Both the position numbers and the translations under genes were made by a program. DNA of 63,889 nt, filler included, from an uncultured Methanosarcinales archaeon (GTDB lineage: Archaea; Nanobdellota; Nanobdellia; Woesearchaeales; CAYZNE01), in assembly GCA_964405295.1 (NCBI GenBank). It is 7 parts of 7 records of this genome, joined end to end, with 100 filler letters (N's around TTAATTAATTAA, not from the genome) between each part and the next. Parts side by side here need not be neighbours in the genome. Positions count along the whole stretch, not along the records: positions 1 to 14,440 come from CAYONI010000014.1; positions 14,541 to 24,596 come from CAYONI010000017.1; 5 more parts are not named here. One strand, 5' to 3'. A model generated the notes under the pieces. The model was given only the letters and a program-made list of their open reading frames with translations. It did not search any database and was not told the origin of the DNA. This document shows, in pieces, positions 10,481-18,903 of this stretch (positions within the stretch are counted from its first letter, which is position 1; each line of letters begins with the position of its first letter).

Positions 10481-11575
10481 CTAAAATATATGAAGTTCCA
10501 ATATATCTTCGTCTTTAAGAACATGTTTAAGCATTAACTTCTGACCACCGAATTTTGCAGATGGACCCCAAACTCTAGAAAACTTAAATCTTTTTACAAA
10601 ATCTTTATGCAACTTATTACAAACATCTCTTATCCTACAATCTCTAAACATAATTAAGGGAACATTCATATCAGGTTCTTTAGCTGGCTCTTTAAGATAA
10701 ATTCTTATTAAATCTAACTTTCTAAAAATTAACTCTTTTAATTCAATAATATGATTATTTTTTTGTGCACTAATACATAAATCAGGTTGAAACTTTTCTT
10801 TTAACACGTCAAGATCATCTTCTAAAACAGTATCTATCTTGTTGAAAACAGTGATTGCAGGAATATAAAGTTTATTTGCTTCAATAATATCAATTAATTG
10901 GTCATCATTTATATCCTCTCTAACAACCACATCTGCATTATTAACTCTAAAAGTTCTTAACATATCCTTAATTGTTTTATTATCTAAATGAGTTAACTTA
11001 GTGGTTTTACCTATTCTTATTCCACCTTTAGAAGTTTTTTTGATTTTAACATCAGGTTTTCTTTGATTAATACGAACATGGGCATTATACACTTCTTTTT
11101 CTATAACCTTAAGATACTGTGGAGAATTAACATCTAACAACATAATAATAAGATCTGCACTCTGAAGTGTTGCCAGAACTTCTTTTCCTCTACCTTTACC
11201 AGAAGCTGCACCTTTAACAATTCCAGGCATATCACAAATCTGTATTTCAGCGTGTTTGTATCTCATTACACCGGGAACAACATCAAGAGTTGTAAATTCA
11301 TATGCAGCGATTGGTGACTTAGCACCTGTCAAACTATTTAGCAAAGTAGATTTACCTACACTAGGAAATCCAAGAAGAATAACTGTCCCATCACCAGTTT
11401 TACGAACTTGATAACCATGGCCTTTTCCACCTTTAGAAGATCTTGCCTCCTGAGATTCTTTTAGTTTTGCAAGCTGTGCTTTATATAAACCAATTGCATG
11501 CTGAGTTTTCTTATTATACTTTGTTTTAGCAATTCGCTCTTCTAATTCCTTGATTTTTTCATCATACTTACCCAT
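10481..11575 (-). CDS. DRG/Rbg1-family OBG GTPase with TGS domain
   Basis: GFPSVGKST, YEFTT, DMPG, NKID; C-terminal WGPSAKFGGQ. Confidence 0.95.
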   Translation of the reverse strand: MGKYDEKIKELEERIAKTKYNKKTQHAIGLYKAQLAKLKESQEARSSKGGKGHGYQVRKTGDGTVILLGFPSVGKSTLLNSLTGAKSPIAAYEFTTLDVVPGVMRYKHAEIQICDMPGIVKGAASGKGRGKEVLATLQSADLIIMLLDVNSPQYLKVIEKEVYNAHVRINQRKPDVKIKKTSKGGIRIGKTTKLTHLDNKTIKDMLRTFRVNNADVVVREDINDDQLIDIIEANKLYIPAITVFNKIDTVLEDDLDVLKEKFQPDLCISAQKNNHIIELKELIFRKLDLIRIYLKEPAKEPDMNVPLIMFRDCRIRDVCNKLHKDFVKRFKFSRVWGPSAKFGGQKLMLKHVLKDEDILELHIF

Positions 11576-11670
11576 TAATGCATAGAGTAATTATTTTATT
11601 TATAAAATTAGCTGATAAAAACCTAAGAGAATTCATAAAGTATATAAAACAAATTTTGTTCCTAAACAAT

Positions 11671-12369
11671 ATGAAACTGCCAAAAAAAGATATGTGGTTT
11701 ATTCTTGCAGCATACAATGAAGAAAAGAGTGTTGCTAAAACAATTAAAGATCTACAAAGTAAAGGCTATTTTAATCTAGTTGTTATTGATGATGGCTCTC
11801 AGGATAAAACTTTTGAAAAAGCTAAAAAAGCAGGTGCAATAGCTCTTCAACACAGAGTAAATTTAGGCCAAGGTGCAGCACTCAGAACAGGAACAGACTA
11901 TGCATTAAAACATGGAGCAAAATATATTATACATTTTGATTCAGATGGCCAACACAGAACTAAAGATATATCTGCAATGATAATGCCTGTGCTTAAAAAA
12001 GAAGTTGATATAACACTTGGGTCAAGATATATTAATAAAACTATGAAAACAAAGATGCCATTTAGAAGAACACTATATGTTAAAGGAGGATTGATATTCA
12101 CAAAAATAATGACTGGATTAAAATTAACCGATACTCACAATGGCTTTAGAGCTATGAATAGAAAAACTGCAAAAAAATTAGAAATAACACAAGACGATAT
12201 GGAGCATGCTTCTGAAATATTGGAGTTAATTGCAAGAAAAAAAATAAAATATAAAGAAGTCCCAGTTATAATAGAATATAATGATGAAATCATGCAGAAT
12301 TCCATGAATAGTTTTGGAATGGCTATCAAAATAATTCTTAGAACGATATATTATAAGTTGTTCAAGTAG
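11671..12369 (+). CDS. GT2 glycosyltransferase (Dol-P-Man synthase-like)
   Basis: AAYNEE, VIDDGSQD, NLGQGAAL, FDSDGQH, DTHNGFRA. Confidence 0.92.
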   Translation: MKLPKKDMWFILAAYNEEKSVAKTIKDLQSKGYFNLVVIDDGSQDKTFEKAKKAGAIALQHRVNLGQGAALRTGTDYALKHGAKYIIHFDSDGQHRTKDISAMIMPVLKKEVDITLGSRYINKTMKTKMPFRRTLYVKGGLIFTKIMTGLKLTDTHNGFRAMNRKTAKKLEITQDDMEHASEILELIARKKIKYKEVPVIIEYNDEIMQNSMNSFGMAIKIILRTIYYKLFK

Positions 12370-12373
12370 AGAT

Positions 12374-12487
12374 TTACTATCTTAAGGTGAGCTGATTAGA
12401 AATTTACTAAAAGTGCGTCGTCGAGGGTCGTGTCTTACGGACCGGCAGCACAATCAAACAATAAATGTATTCAGCGAAAGATAGTAA
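12374..12487. ncRNA. 114-nt structured intergenic element, copy 1 (family unknown)
   Basis: Homologous to 15806-15919; terminal stem TTACTATCTT/AAGATAGTAA; compensatory changes between copies. Confidence 0.7.
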
Positions 12488-12537
12488 GGATTAAGAGTTC
12501 ATAAATTATATAAACAAAATTCTAAATACATAAAATT

Positions 12538-13530
12538 ATGAAAATTCTAGTTACTGGAGGGGCAGGCTACATTGGAAGCCATTTTCTTAAAGAGCTGAGA
12601 GATACAGGTTATAATTCTGAAGATGTTTTGATTATAGATAATCTAAGTAGAGGATTTAAAGAAAATATTATTTTTGGTAATTTTATTGAAGCAGATATCA
12701 AAGACGCACATCAAATTGAAACAATAATTTCTGATTTCAAACCTGAGCTAATTGTTCACTTCGCAGCATTAATCTCTGTTCCAGAATCAGAAAGAGAACA
12801 AATGAAGTATTACAATAATAATGTTGTTGGTAGCGTAAATTTATTGAATGCAGCAATCAATAATAATGTTAAAAAATTCATTTTTTCTTCTAGTGCAAGT
12901 GTTTATGGCCCAACAAACATTGTTCCCACGCCTGAAGACACCCAATTTGATGCTAAAAGCAGATATGCAAAGGATAAAAAAATATTTGAAGAAGTATTGA
13001 AAGATAAAAAAGCTCAAGGTAATGATTATAACTATATAATTTTAAGATATTTTAATGTTGCAGGTTCAGATCCAGAATTAGAAGTGGGCAATAGAAAAAA
13101 AGACCCTGAAAATCTTATTTCTATAATCCTAAATAATTTAGTAAATAAGAAATACGAGATAAATGTTTGTGGAACTGATTATGAAACAATAGATGGAACA
13201 GGGGTAAGAGATTATGTTCATGTTTCAGACATAGCAAAAGCACATATGAAAGTTATTCCCCTATTGGATAAAGGTGATTATATTTTTAATGTTGGTTATG
13301 GTGAAGGATCTTCTGTCCTAGAAGTAATTCATGAAGTTGAAAGTGTTACAGGAATTCAAATAAAAAGAAATTTTATTGAAAGAAGAGCTGGAGATATTGC
13401 GACTTCTATAGCAGATAATTCTAAACTTATGAAATATACTGACTGGAAACCCAAATATAATGATCTAAGATCAATGATTAAAAATGAATGGGATTGGAGA
13501 AGAAAGATGACAAGAGAAAAGAAAAAATAA
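12538..13530 (+). CDS. galE: UDP-glucose 4-epimerase
   Basis: GGAGYIGSH, FSSSASVYG, YxxxK, LRYFNVAG, DGTGVRDYVHV. Confidence 0.93.
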   Translation: MKILVTGGAGYIGSHFLKELRDTGYNSEDVLIIDNLSRGFKENIIFGNFIEADIKDAHQIETIISDFKPELIVHFAALISVPESEREQMKYYNNNVVGSVNLLNAAINNNVKKFIFSSSASVYGPTNIVPTPEDTQFDAKSRYAKDKKIFEEVLKDKKAQGNDYNYIILRYFNVAGSDPELEVGNRKKDPENLISIILNNLVNKKYEINVCGTDYETIDGTGVRDYVHVSDIAKAHMKVIPLLDKGDYIFNVGYGEGSSVLEVIHEVESVTGIQIKRNFIERRAGDIATSIADNSKLMKYTDWKPKYNDLRSMIKNEWDWRRKMTREKKK

Positions 13531-13579
13531 TTAATCTAATTCTTTCCTAAGAATGTTGACTTTATTAAAAACTAGATTA

Positions 13580-14407
13580 TTAGCTTAATTTTTTATTAGT
13601 CTTTCTTTTTGGTAAAAAGTTATTCTTAGAAATAAGATTCTGTCCAAGATTATCTTCTATGTCTTTTCTTGTTCTTTTTGCAATATTTCCACCTTTATTG
13701 GCTGAATCTTTACATTCTTTAAATCCTTGCGAATCTTTTTCTTTGGTAATGTCTGTTGTTGCCTTTTCTCCTATCATTGTAAGAATTAATTCCCAATCAG
13801 TCATATGATCTCTTAGATTTTGGTTCTTTCTTTGCAATTGTTTAAATTCTTTATATTCTCCGACAGTTTTTCCAAAAGTTGCATTAGAAATCTCATTAGT
13901 CAGTATTGAAAACTCTTTTTTTGTTTTTATTTCTCTATTCGCCCATTCCCCTGTTAATTCTTGGCGAATTGCTATTCCTCGAATTCTTTTATCAATCCAT
14001 TCTTTAGGATATCCTTTGAGTTCATAATATTTTTTAATTCTATCCTGTCCTAATTCAGGATTTTCTATTTCTTCTATTCTTTCATATCCTACTTGTGCTA
14101 ACCATTGTTTGAATGGTTCTGCCTTTTTAGAAGGAATTGATTGTATTATTCTAAATATATTCTTAGTATTTGCACAATCTGTAAATCTCATTTTGCCATC
14201 TGTGGCTAGTAATTTCAAGTGTACGATTTTATCGTACAGTTCAAATCCTTCTTGGGAAAGTTTGGTTTTAAGATCCGACCAATATCTTTTAGGTATAGAA
14301 CTTGTTTCTAATGCACTAATAATATCAATTACTGAGAAATACCATTCATCTTTATGCCAAATTCTTCTTATTTTTTTGTGCTCAAAAACACAAAATCTTT
14401 TTGGCAT
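13580..14407 (-). CDS. Bro-N domain (phage antirepressor-like) protein
   Basis: IRRIWHKDEWYFSVIDII, IIQSIPSKKAEPFKQWLA, NLRDHMT; start uncertain at the contig edge. Confidence 0.88.
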   Translation of the reverse strand: MPKRFCVFEHKKIRRIWHKDEWYFSVIDIISALETSSIPKRYWSDLKTKLSQEGFELYDKIVHLKLLATDGKMRFTDCANTKNIFRIIQSIPSKKAEPFKQWLAQVGYERIEEIENPELGQDRIKKYYELKGYPKEWIDKRIRGIAIRQELTGEWANREIKTKKEFSILTNEISNATFGKTVGEYKEFKQLQRKNQNLRDHMTDWELILTMIGEKATTDITKEKDSQGFKECKDSANKGGNIAKRTRKDIEDNLGQNLISKNNFLPKRKTNKKLS

Positions 14408-14440
14408 GTCAGAATTCTTTGAATTCTTCACGTCTTGAAA

Positions 14441-14540
14441 NNNNNNNNNNNNNNNNNNNNNNNNNNNNNNNNNNNNNNNNNNNNTTAATTAATTAANNNN
14501 NNNNNNNNNNNNNNNNNNNNNNNNNNNNNNNNNNNNNNNN
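14441..14540. other. Artificial contig-joining spacer (also at 24597-24696, 33882-33981, 43064-43163, 51806-51905, 60204-60303)
   Basis: N runs enclosing the all-frame stop linker TTAATTAATTAA; gene content changes abruptly across most spacers. Confidence 0.98.
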
Positions 14541-14550
14541 AACAAAAAAA

Positions 14551-14633
14551 CGCCACGGATGAGATTTGAACTCATGCTCCCAAAAGGGACGGGATTAGCA
14601 ATCCCGCGCAATACCAAACTATGCGACCGTGGC
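14551..14633 (-). tRNA. tRNA-Ser(GCT)
   Basis: Reverse complement folds as a cloverleaf: acceptor GCCACGG/CCGTGGC, anticodon arm CGGGA-TTGCTAA-TCCCG, long variable arm, TTCAAAT T-loop; no encoded CCA. Confidence 0.95.
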
Positions 14634-14674
14634 ATATTTAAATAGAAACAGAGTTTATTTTTAAAGTTAATCTT

Positions 14675-14845
14675 TTACCATCCATCAGAATTGTCAACAA
14701 TTTTTTGTGCAGAATGACTATCTTGAGTGACTTCTTCAATCATATCTGATTCTGAGCCACAATTAGGACATCTTATTGTTCTATTTTCTCCTAATAGGAA
14801 TGAGAACTTGCATTTTAGACATTTATACTTTTTTCTTTCAACCAT
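14675..14845 (-). CDS. Small zinc-ribbon protein
   Basis: CLKC...CPNC; ATG at 14845 with AAGGAG SD. Confidence 0.75.
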   Translation of the reverse strand: MVERKKYKCLKCKFSFLLGENRTIRCPNCGSESDMIEEVTQDSHSAQKIVDNSDGW

Positions 14846-14930
14846 ATCTCCTTCTGGGCATTGGTTATATTTAAATTTAGCGGTTATTAAACCCAAAACA
14901 CATTTAAATCCTAACAAGAACACTATTACT

Positions 14931-15803
14931 ATGGCAGATAATGAGTTGAAAGAGTTATTCATAACTAAGATTATAGATAAGAGAGAATTATTACATATTA
15001 ATAGGTCTTTTGTCAGTAAAGAACTGGCCCTTTTTCTTCTGCAAGAAAAGAAATTATTCCTTAAAGTTAAAGAAAAGTTCAAGGCTGATAAGAAAAGAAC
15101 AACTAAATCTAAGGAGTTTAAGACAATAGTTAAGCATGTTAGATCTAGATTAAGAGAACTGTTTGGTGTGTTTTACGCCAGAGGTTTTGAGAGTACAGGG
15201 CAGTTAGTAAATTCGATAGTTGCAGGAAATGCAGAAGAGGTTGCATTTGAACTATTAAAGTTACATAGGTCTTCTAAGGAAAGATTGAGATATTATGAAG
15301 AGATATATGATGCTATTGCGAGAATAATCAAGATTAAGCCAAATGTGATTCTGGATTTGGCATGTGGATATAATGGTTTTAGTTACTTTTTTATGAAGGA
15401 GAGTTTCCAATCTTCCCCTGATTATGTTTGTTGTGATTTAAGTAATAAAGATGTTCTTCTATATAGCAAGTTTTTTCAGAATGCAGAGATAAAAGGTAAT
15501 GCTTTTTACTGTGATCTTACTGTAGATATTAGTAAGGCAAAAAAAGTAAAAGCAGACATTTGTTTCTTGTTAAAAACTCTAGATTCTATAGAAAGTGCAT
15601 CAAGAAATTCTTCTGAAAGGTTACTAAAAGAGATAAACACTAAGTATTTTGTTGTTTCTTTTCCAACTAAAAGTATTGGTGGAAATAAAACTATTGCTAA
15701 AAGTAAAAGAGCTTGGTTTTTCAAACTTTTAGAAAGATTAAACTACGCTTATGAAGAGTTTTCTATACATAATGAGATCTTCTTTGTTGTTAAGAAGAAG
15801 TAA
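14931..15803 (+). CDS. FmrO/ArmA/Rmt-like 16S rRNA m7G1405-type methyltransferase homolog
   Basis: HRSSKERL, ILDLACGYN, LLKTLDSIE, VVSFPTKSIGG and NEIFFV match family motifs. Confidence 0.8.
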   Translation: MADNELKELFITKIIDKRELLHINRSFVSKELALFLLQEKKLFLKVKEKFKADKKRTTKSKEFKTIVKHVRSRLRELFGVFYARGFESTGQLVNSIVAGNAEEVAFELLKLHRSSKERLRYYEEIYDAIARIIKIKPNVILDLACGYNGFSYFFMKESFQSSPDYVCCDLSNKDVLLYSKFFQNAEIKGNAFYCDLTVDISKAKKVKADICFLLKTLDSIESASRNSSERLLKEINTKYFVVSFPTKSIGGNKTIAKSKRAWFFKLLERLNYAYEEFSIHNEIFFVVKKK

Positions 15804-15805
15804 TT

Positions 15806-15919
15806 TTACTATCTTAAGGCGAACTGGTTAAGGAGATATTATTGAGTGCGTTGTCTGGGTTGTGCCTTACGGGCAGACAGCACCATAGAATTAAATATTG
15901 ATTCAGTGAGAGATAATAA
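15806..15919. ncRNA. 114-nt structured intergenic element, copy 2
   Basis: Same length and conserved blocks as 12374-12487; fills the gap between two convergent stop codons. Confidence 0.7.
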
Positions 15920-16255
15920 TCACTTCAAACCAAATCTTCTTACTGTACCACACTCACCACATGTGTAAATCAATCTAGAACTGTGAACTCTTACTCTGCA
16001 ATTCTTTCCTGGCACCATAAATTTGTGGCAGTTTTTACAGAGCCTTCTCTTGATTACAGGGTTAAGCTTAACTTTATACTTGAGTTTTAATTTGTGTGCA
16101 AGTTCTGCATATCTGTGACTTCTTTCAGGGTGATTAGAAAAGTTTTTCTCTGCTTCTTTTAGGAGAATATTAATTCTTTCTTCTGCAATCTTTCCATACT
16201 TATTTCTATTGTTTGTAAATATTTTCTTTTTTCTTTTGGAAATTTTATCAATCAT
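15920..16255 (-). CDS. rnp4: Ribonuclease P protein component 4 (Rpp21)
   Basis: IAEERINIL...RYAELA, KRRLCKNC...TCGECG. Confidence 0.93.
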   Translation of the reverse strand: MIDKISKRKKKIFTNNRNKYGKIAEERINILLKEAEKNFSNHPERSHRYAELAHKLKLKYKVKLNPVIKRRLCKNCHKFMVPGKNCRVRVHSSRLIYTCGECGTVRRFGLK

Positions 16256-16338
16256 AGTTATATCAACTGATTAATCCTTTAAAAAGTTAATCGCAAAGTT
16301 TTTATAGTTATACCCCTTCTACTATATTAGGGGTAATT

Positions 16339-17502
16339 ATGGGTCTTTTTAAGAAAAAACAGCAATCTGTGAATATTATTGAATTAACAGAGGTTGAAGG
16401 ATTTATAGATCATATATTTGAGGAATTAGATGATTATGGTAAATTCCTAAAAATCAAAGAAAGTTTTGATTATGAAATTTCAAAGCTTAAGTCTTATTCT
16501 GAACTATTATTGGGTCCTGATTTCGAGAAAAGAATAACTCAAGATAAAGAATATTTTAAGAAGAGCGCGATCAAAGCAAATAATTTAATAAATATCTTTT
16601 TGGAACAAATTAAAATTCCTAAATCTGCATTTAAGTTAGTAAGTTTTGTAACTGATTCAATTACTCTTATAGAGGAATTTGATAACAAAATTTCTATACC
16701 TCTTAACCATCTTAATGATATAATGCCAAAACTTCTTCATAGAATAAGGTTAAAGATTGATGCAATAAGTGAATCTTTTGCAGATTTTAATAAGTTTATA
16801 GATTTAGGTAATATAAATACAATAAAGGCTATTGGAGATTTAATTGTTGAGTATCATTCACTAGAAAATAAAATTTTTTCTCTTAAGGAGGGAAGGGTTC
16901 CAATACTTGATGAACTTACACAAGTAAGTATGATGAAGGATAGGGTTGAGGCAAGATTGTCTTCTTTTAAGTCAAAAAGAAGTATGGGCGATTTATCTGA
17001 ATTAATGATTGAAAGAGATAAAATAAGAGAAGATTTAACTAAGTTGTCGTTGATTATTAAGGTTAAATTATCATATATAAGCGAATTATTAGATGATAAA
17101 GATTATTCTAAAGTTAAAGATTGGATTATGAAATTTATTTCAAGTCAAGATGAGGATATTAACGAAGAAACATTTTTAGATATAAAAAGTAATATTGGTG
17201 CCATAAGTTCTAATAATGAAAAGTTAAAAGAATTGATTAATTTAGTTTTTTCTTTTGAGGATAAAATTAAAGAATCTGGTGTTCAGTTAAAAAATATTAA
17301 TTCTCGTCTTCACGATAACATTCTTTACTTAAATGTTAAGGAACAAGAAGATTCATTTGATTTGTGGAATTCTAAGTTCAAAGATTTAAAATCTAAGATT
17401 AGAAAGATTGATAGTACTATTTCTGATATAAGTCTTAGATTAATAAAACAGAACATCAACAAAGAAGTACAAAAGCTTTCGAGCAATACTATTGTTGAAT
17501 AG
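16339..17502 (+). CDS. Coiled-coil hypothetical protein
   Basis: 387-aa ORF with helical/heptad composition. Confidence 0.75.
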   Translation: MGLFKKKQQSVNIIELTEVEGFIDHIFEELDDYGKFLKIKESFDYEISKLKSYSELLLGPDFEKRITQDKEYFKKSAIKANNLINIFLEQIKIPKSAFKLVSFVTDSITLIEEFDNKISIPLNHLNDIMPKLLHRIRLKIDAISESFADFNKFIDLGNINTIKAIGDLIVEYHSLENKIFSLKEGRVPILDELTQVSMMKDRVEARLSSFKSKRSMGDLSELMIERDKIREDLTKLSLIIKVKLSYISELLDDKDYSKVKDWIMKFISSQDEDINEETFLDIKSNIGAISSNNEKLKELINLVFSFEDKIKESGVQLKNINSRLHDNILYLNVKEQEDSFDLWNSKFKDLKSKIRKIDSTISDISLRLIKQNINKEVQKLSSNTIVE

Positions 17503-17533
17503 TTTTTTAAATACCAACATTTTCTAATATTCT

Positions 17534-18007
17534 ATGGCAGAGAACAAAGAACTTAAGAAATTTTATGATTTTATTTCAGATTTTGGCCTAGAATCATCAG
17601 TGCTTGATAAGTTAGGAGTTATAATAAAAAGATCAAGATACGTTTTTGCTTCTAGTATAGAACTTAAGAATAGTATGGAGTTAATTTCAACTGATTTCTT
17701 TTCAATAGGAATGCCTATTGGAGAGATAAAAAAAGATTTTATTCCTACACCTGAACTTATTGATTTTTTATCTTTACATTCTCCCAGAAAAGTAATTGTT
17801 GATGATAAAAGCGAATGGATGTTTCTTTGCAAAAAAGATATTTTTAAGAAGGGACTAAAAAAAAGTTTTCTTAAAAAAGATCATGGGCGTGTTTTTGTTC
17901 AGAATAAGTTTAATGAAAATCTTGGTCTTGCAAGATTTGTTAGAGATGGAAATATCGCATTAAAGCATCTTGTAGATAAAGGTGCGTATATTAGAAAAGA
18001 AATATAA
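17534..18007 (+). CDS. Nip7/PUA-like ribosome biogenesis protein
   Basis: KVIVDDKSEWMFLCKKDIF...VFVQN...NLG...VDKGAYIRKE. Confidence 0.7.
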   Translation: MAENKELKKFYDFISDFGLESSVLDKLGVIIKRSRYVFASSIELKNSMELISTDFFSIGMPIGEIKKDFIPTPELIDFLSLHSPRKVIVDDKSEWMFLCKKDIFKKGLKKSFLKKDHGRVFVQNKFNENLGLARFVRDGNIALKHLVDKGAYIRKEI

Positions 18008-18008
18008 A

Positions 18009-18809
18009 ATGGTTAATAAAATTCTTCATCAAAGAAATTTGCAGTCTCCAAAAAGTTATGCTAGTGGTAGAAAATCTTATGGTAAGCATGAGAATATGTT
18101 CTTAAAAGAAATTAGGCTTAGCCAAGATTTACACTTATCTTATGATATTATTCCCAAAGAAGAGTTAAATAAACAAGGTAAGATAAAAACCAAGAAAGAT
18201 AAAGAGGCATATATTTTTGATGCAAGTTTTACTGATAATTTCAATAATTTAACAAGAGCTGCACAAATTATTAACTTAAAGGATGCAGCAGTTATTCTCG
18301 CTGAAACAGGAATTACTAATGAAAGCATTGTTTTTGATTCTGGTTCCGGTTCAGGAGGATTAGCATTATTCCTGGCAAAGCATTGTAAACAAGTTTATTC
18401 TTTTGAGATTAAAGATGAGCACTTAGAAGCTTGTGAAAAGAATAAGAAGTTTCTAAATATTGATAATGTTAATTTCTACAAAGCAAATGTTTCTAATAAG
18501 AAAGAAATTAAAGATATTGTAAAAGAAATAAAAGCAGATGTTTTTGCAATTGATGTTCTAAAACCAACAGAAACAATTGATACTGTTAGGGAATTTCTAA
18601 AACTTAGTGGTTATGCAGTGTTTTATGTTACTCAACTTAATCAAGCAAAAGAAGTGGTTGTTGTACTTGACGAGTCTGATGATTTCTCTGTAATAACTAC
18701 AAAAGAAATTTTGCACAGAGAATGGGATCTGCACAATAAAAAGTGCAAACCTAAAGGATTAACTCATAATCATACCGGTTTCTTAGTATTTGCAAGAAAG
18801 GTTTGTTAA
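18009..18809 (+). CDS. trmI: tRNA (adenine-N1)-methyltransferase, TrmI/GCD14 family
   Basis: RAAQIINLKDAAVI, DSGSGSG, HTGFLVFARK. Confidence 0.85.
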   Translation: MVNKILHQRNLQSPKSYASGRKSYGKHENMFLKEIRLSQDLHLSYDIIPKEELNKQGKIKTKKDKEAYIFDASFTDNFNNLTRAAQIINLKDAAVILAETGITNESIVFDSGSGSGGLALFLAKHCKQVYSFEIKDEHLEACEKNKKFLNIDNVNFYKANVSNKKEIKDIVKEIKADVFAIDVLKPTETIDTVREFLKLSGYAVFYVTQLNQAKEVVVVLDESDDFSVITTKEILHREWDLHNKKCKPKGLTHNHTGFLVFARKVC

Positions 18810-18903
18810 TAGCTTATTATTCTTCCATAACCTTTATAAACATAAATTATATAAAAGACAATATTATAATTATTATATAATTATTACAAAAAGAGGTGTG
18901 TGA

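Noticed and set aside
12374..12487. 114-nt element as 5S rRNA, c-di-AMP riboswitch, twister ribozyme or integron attC
   Set aside because: No 5S three-way junction or CCGAAC loop. The ydaO-like and twister-like words in copy 1 are not kept in copy 2. No RYYYAAC/GTTRRRY ends and no integrase seen.
14485..14496. TTAATTAATTAA repeated six times as a biological repeat
   Set aside because: Always embedded in N runs; it is an artificial all-frame stop linker.
14727..14930. N-terminal extension of the methyltransferase ORF
   Set aside because: Overlaps the opposite-strand zinc-ribbon gene and promoter region; ATG 14931 is the more plausible start.
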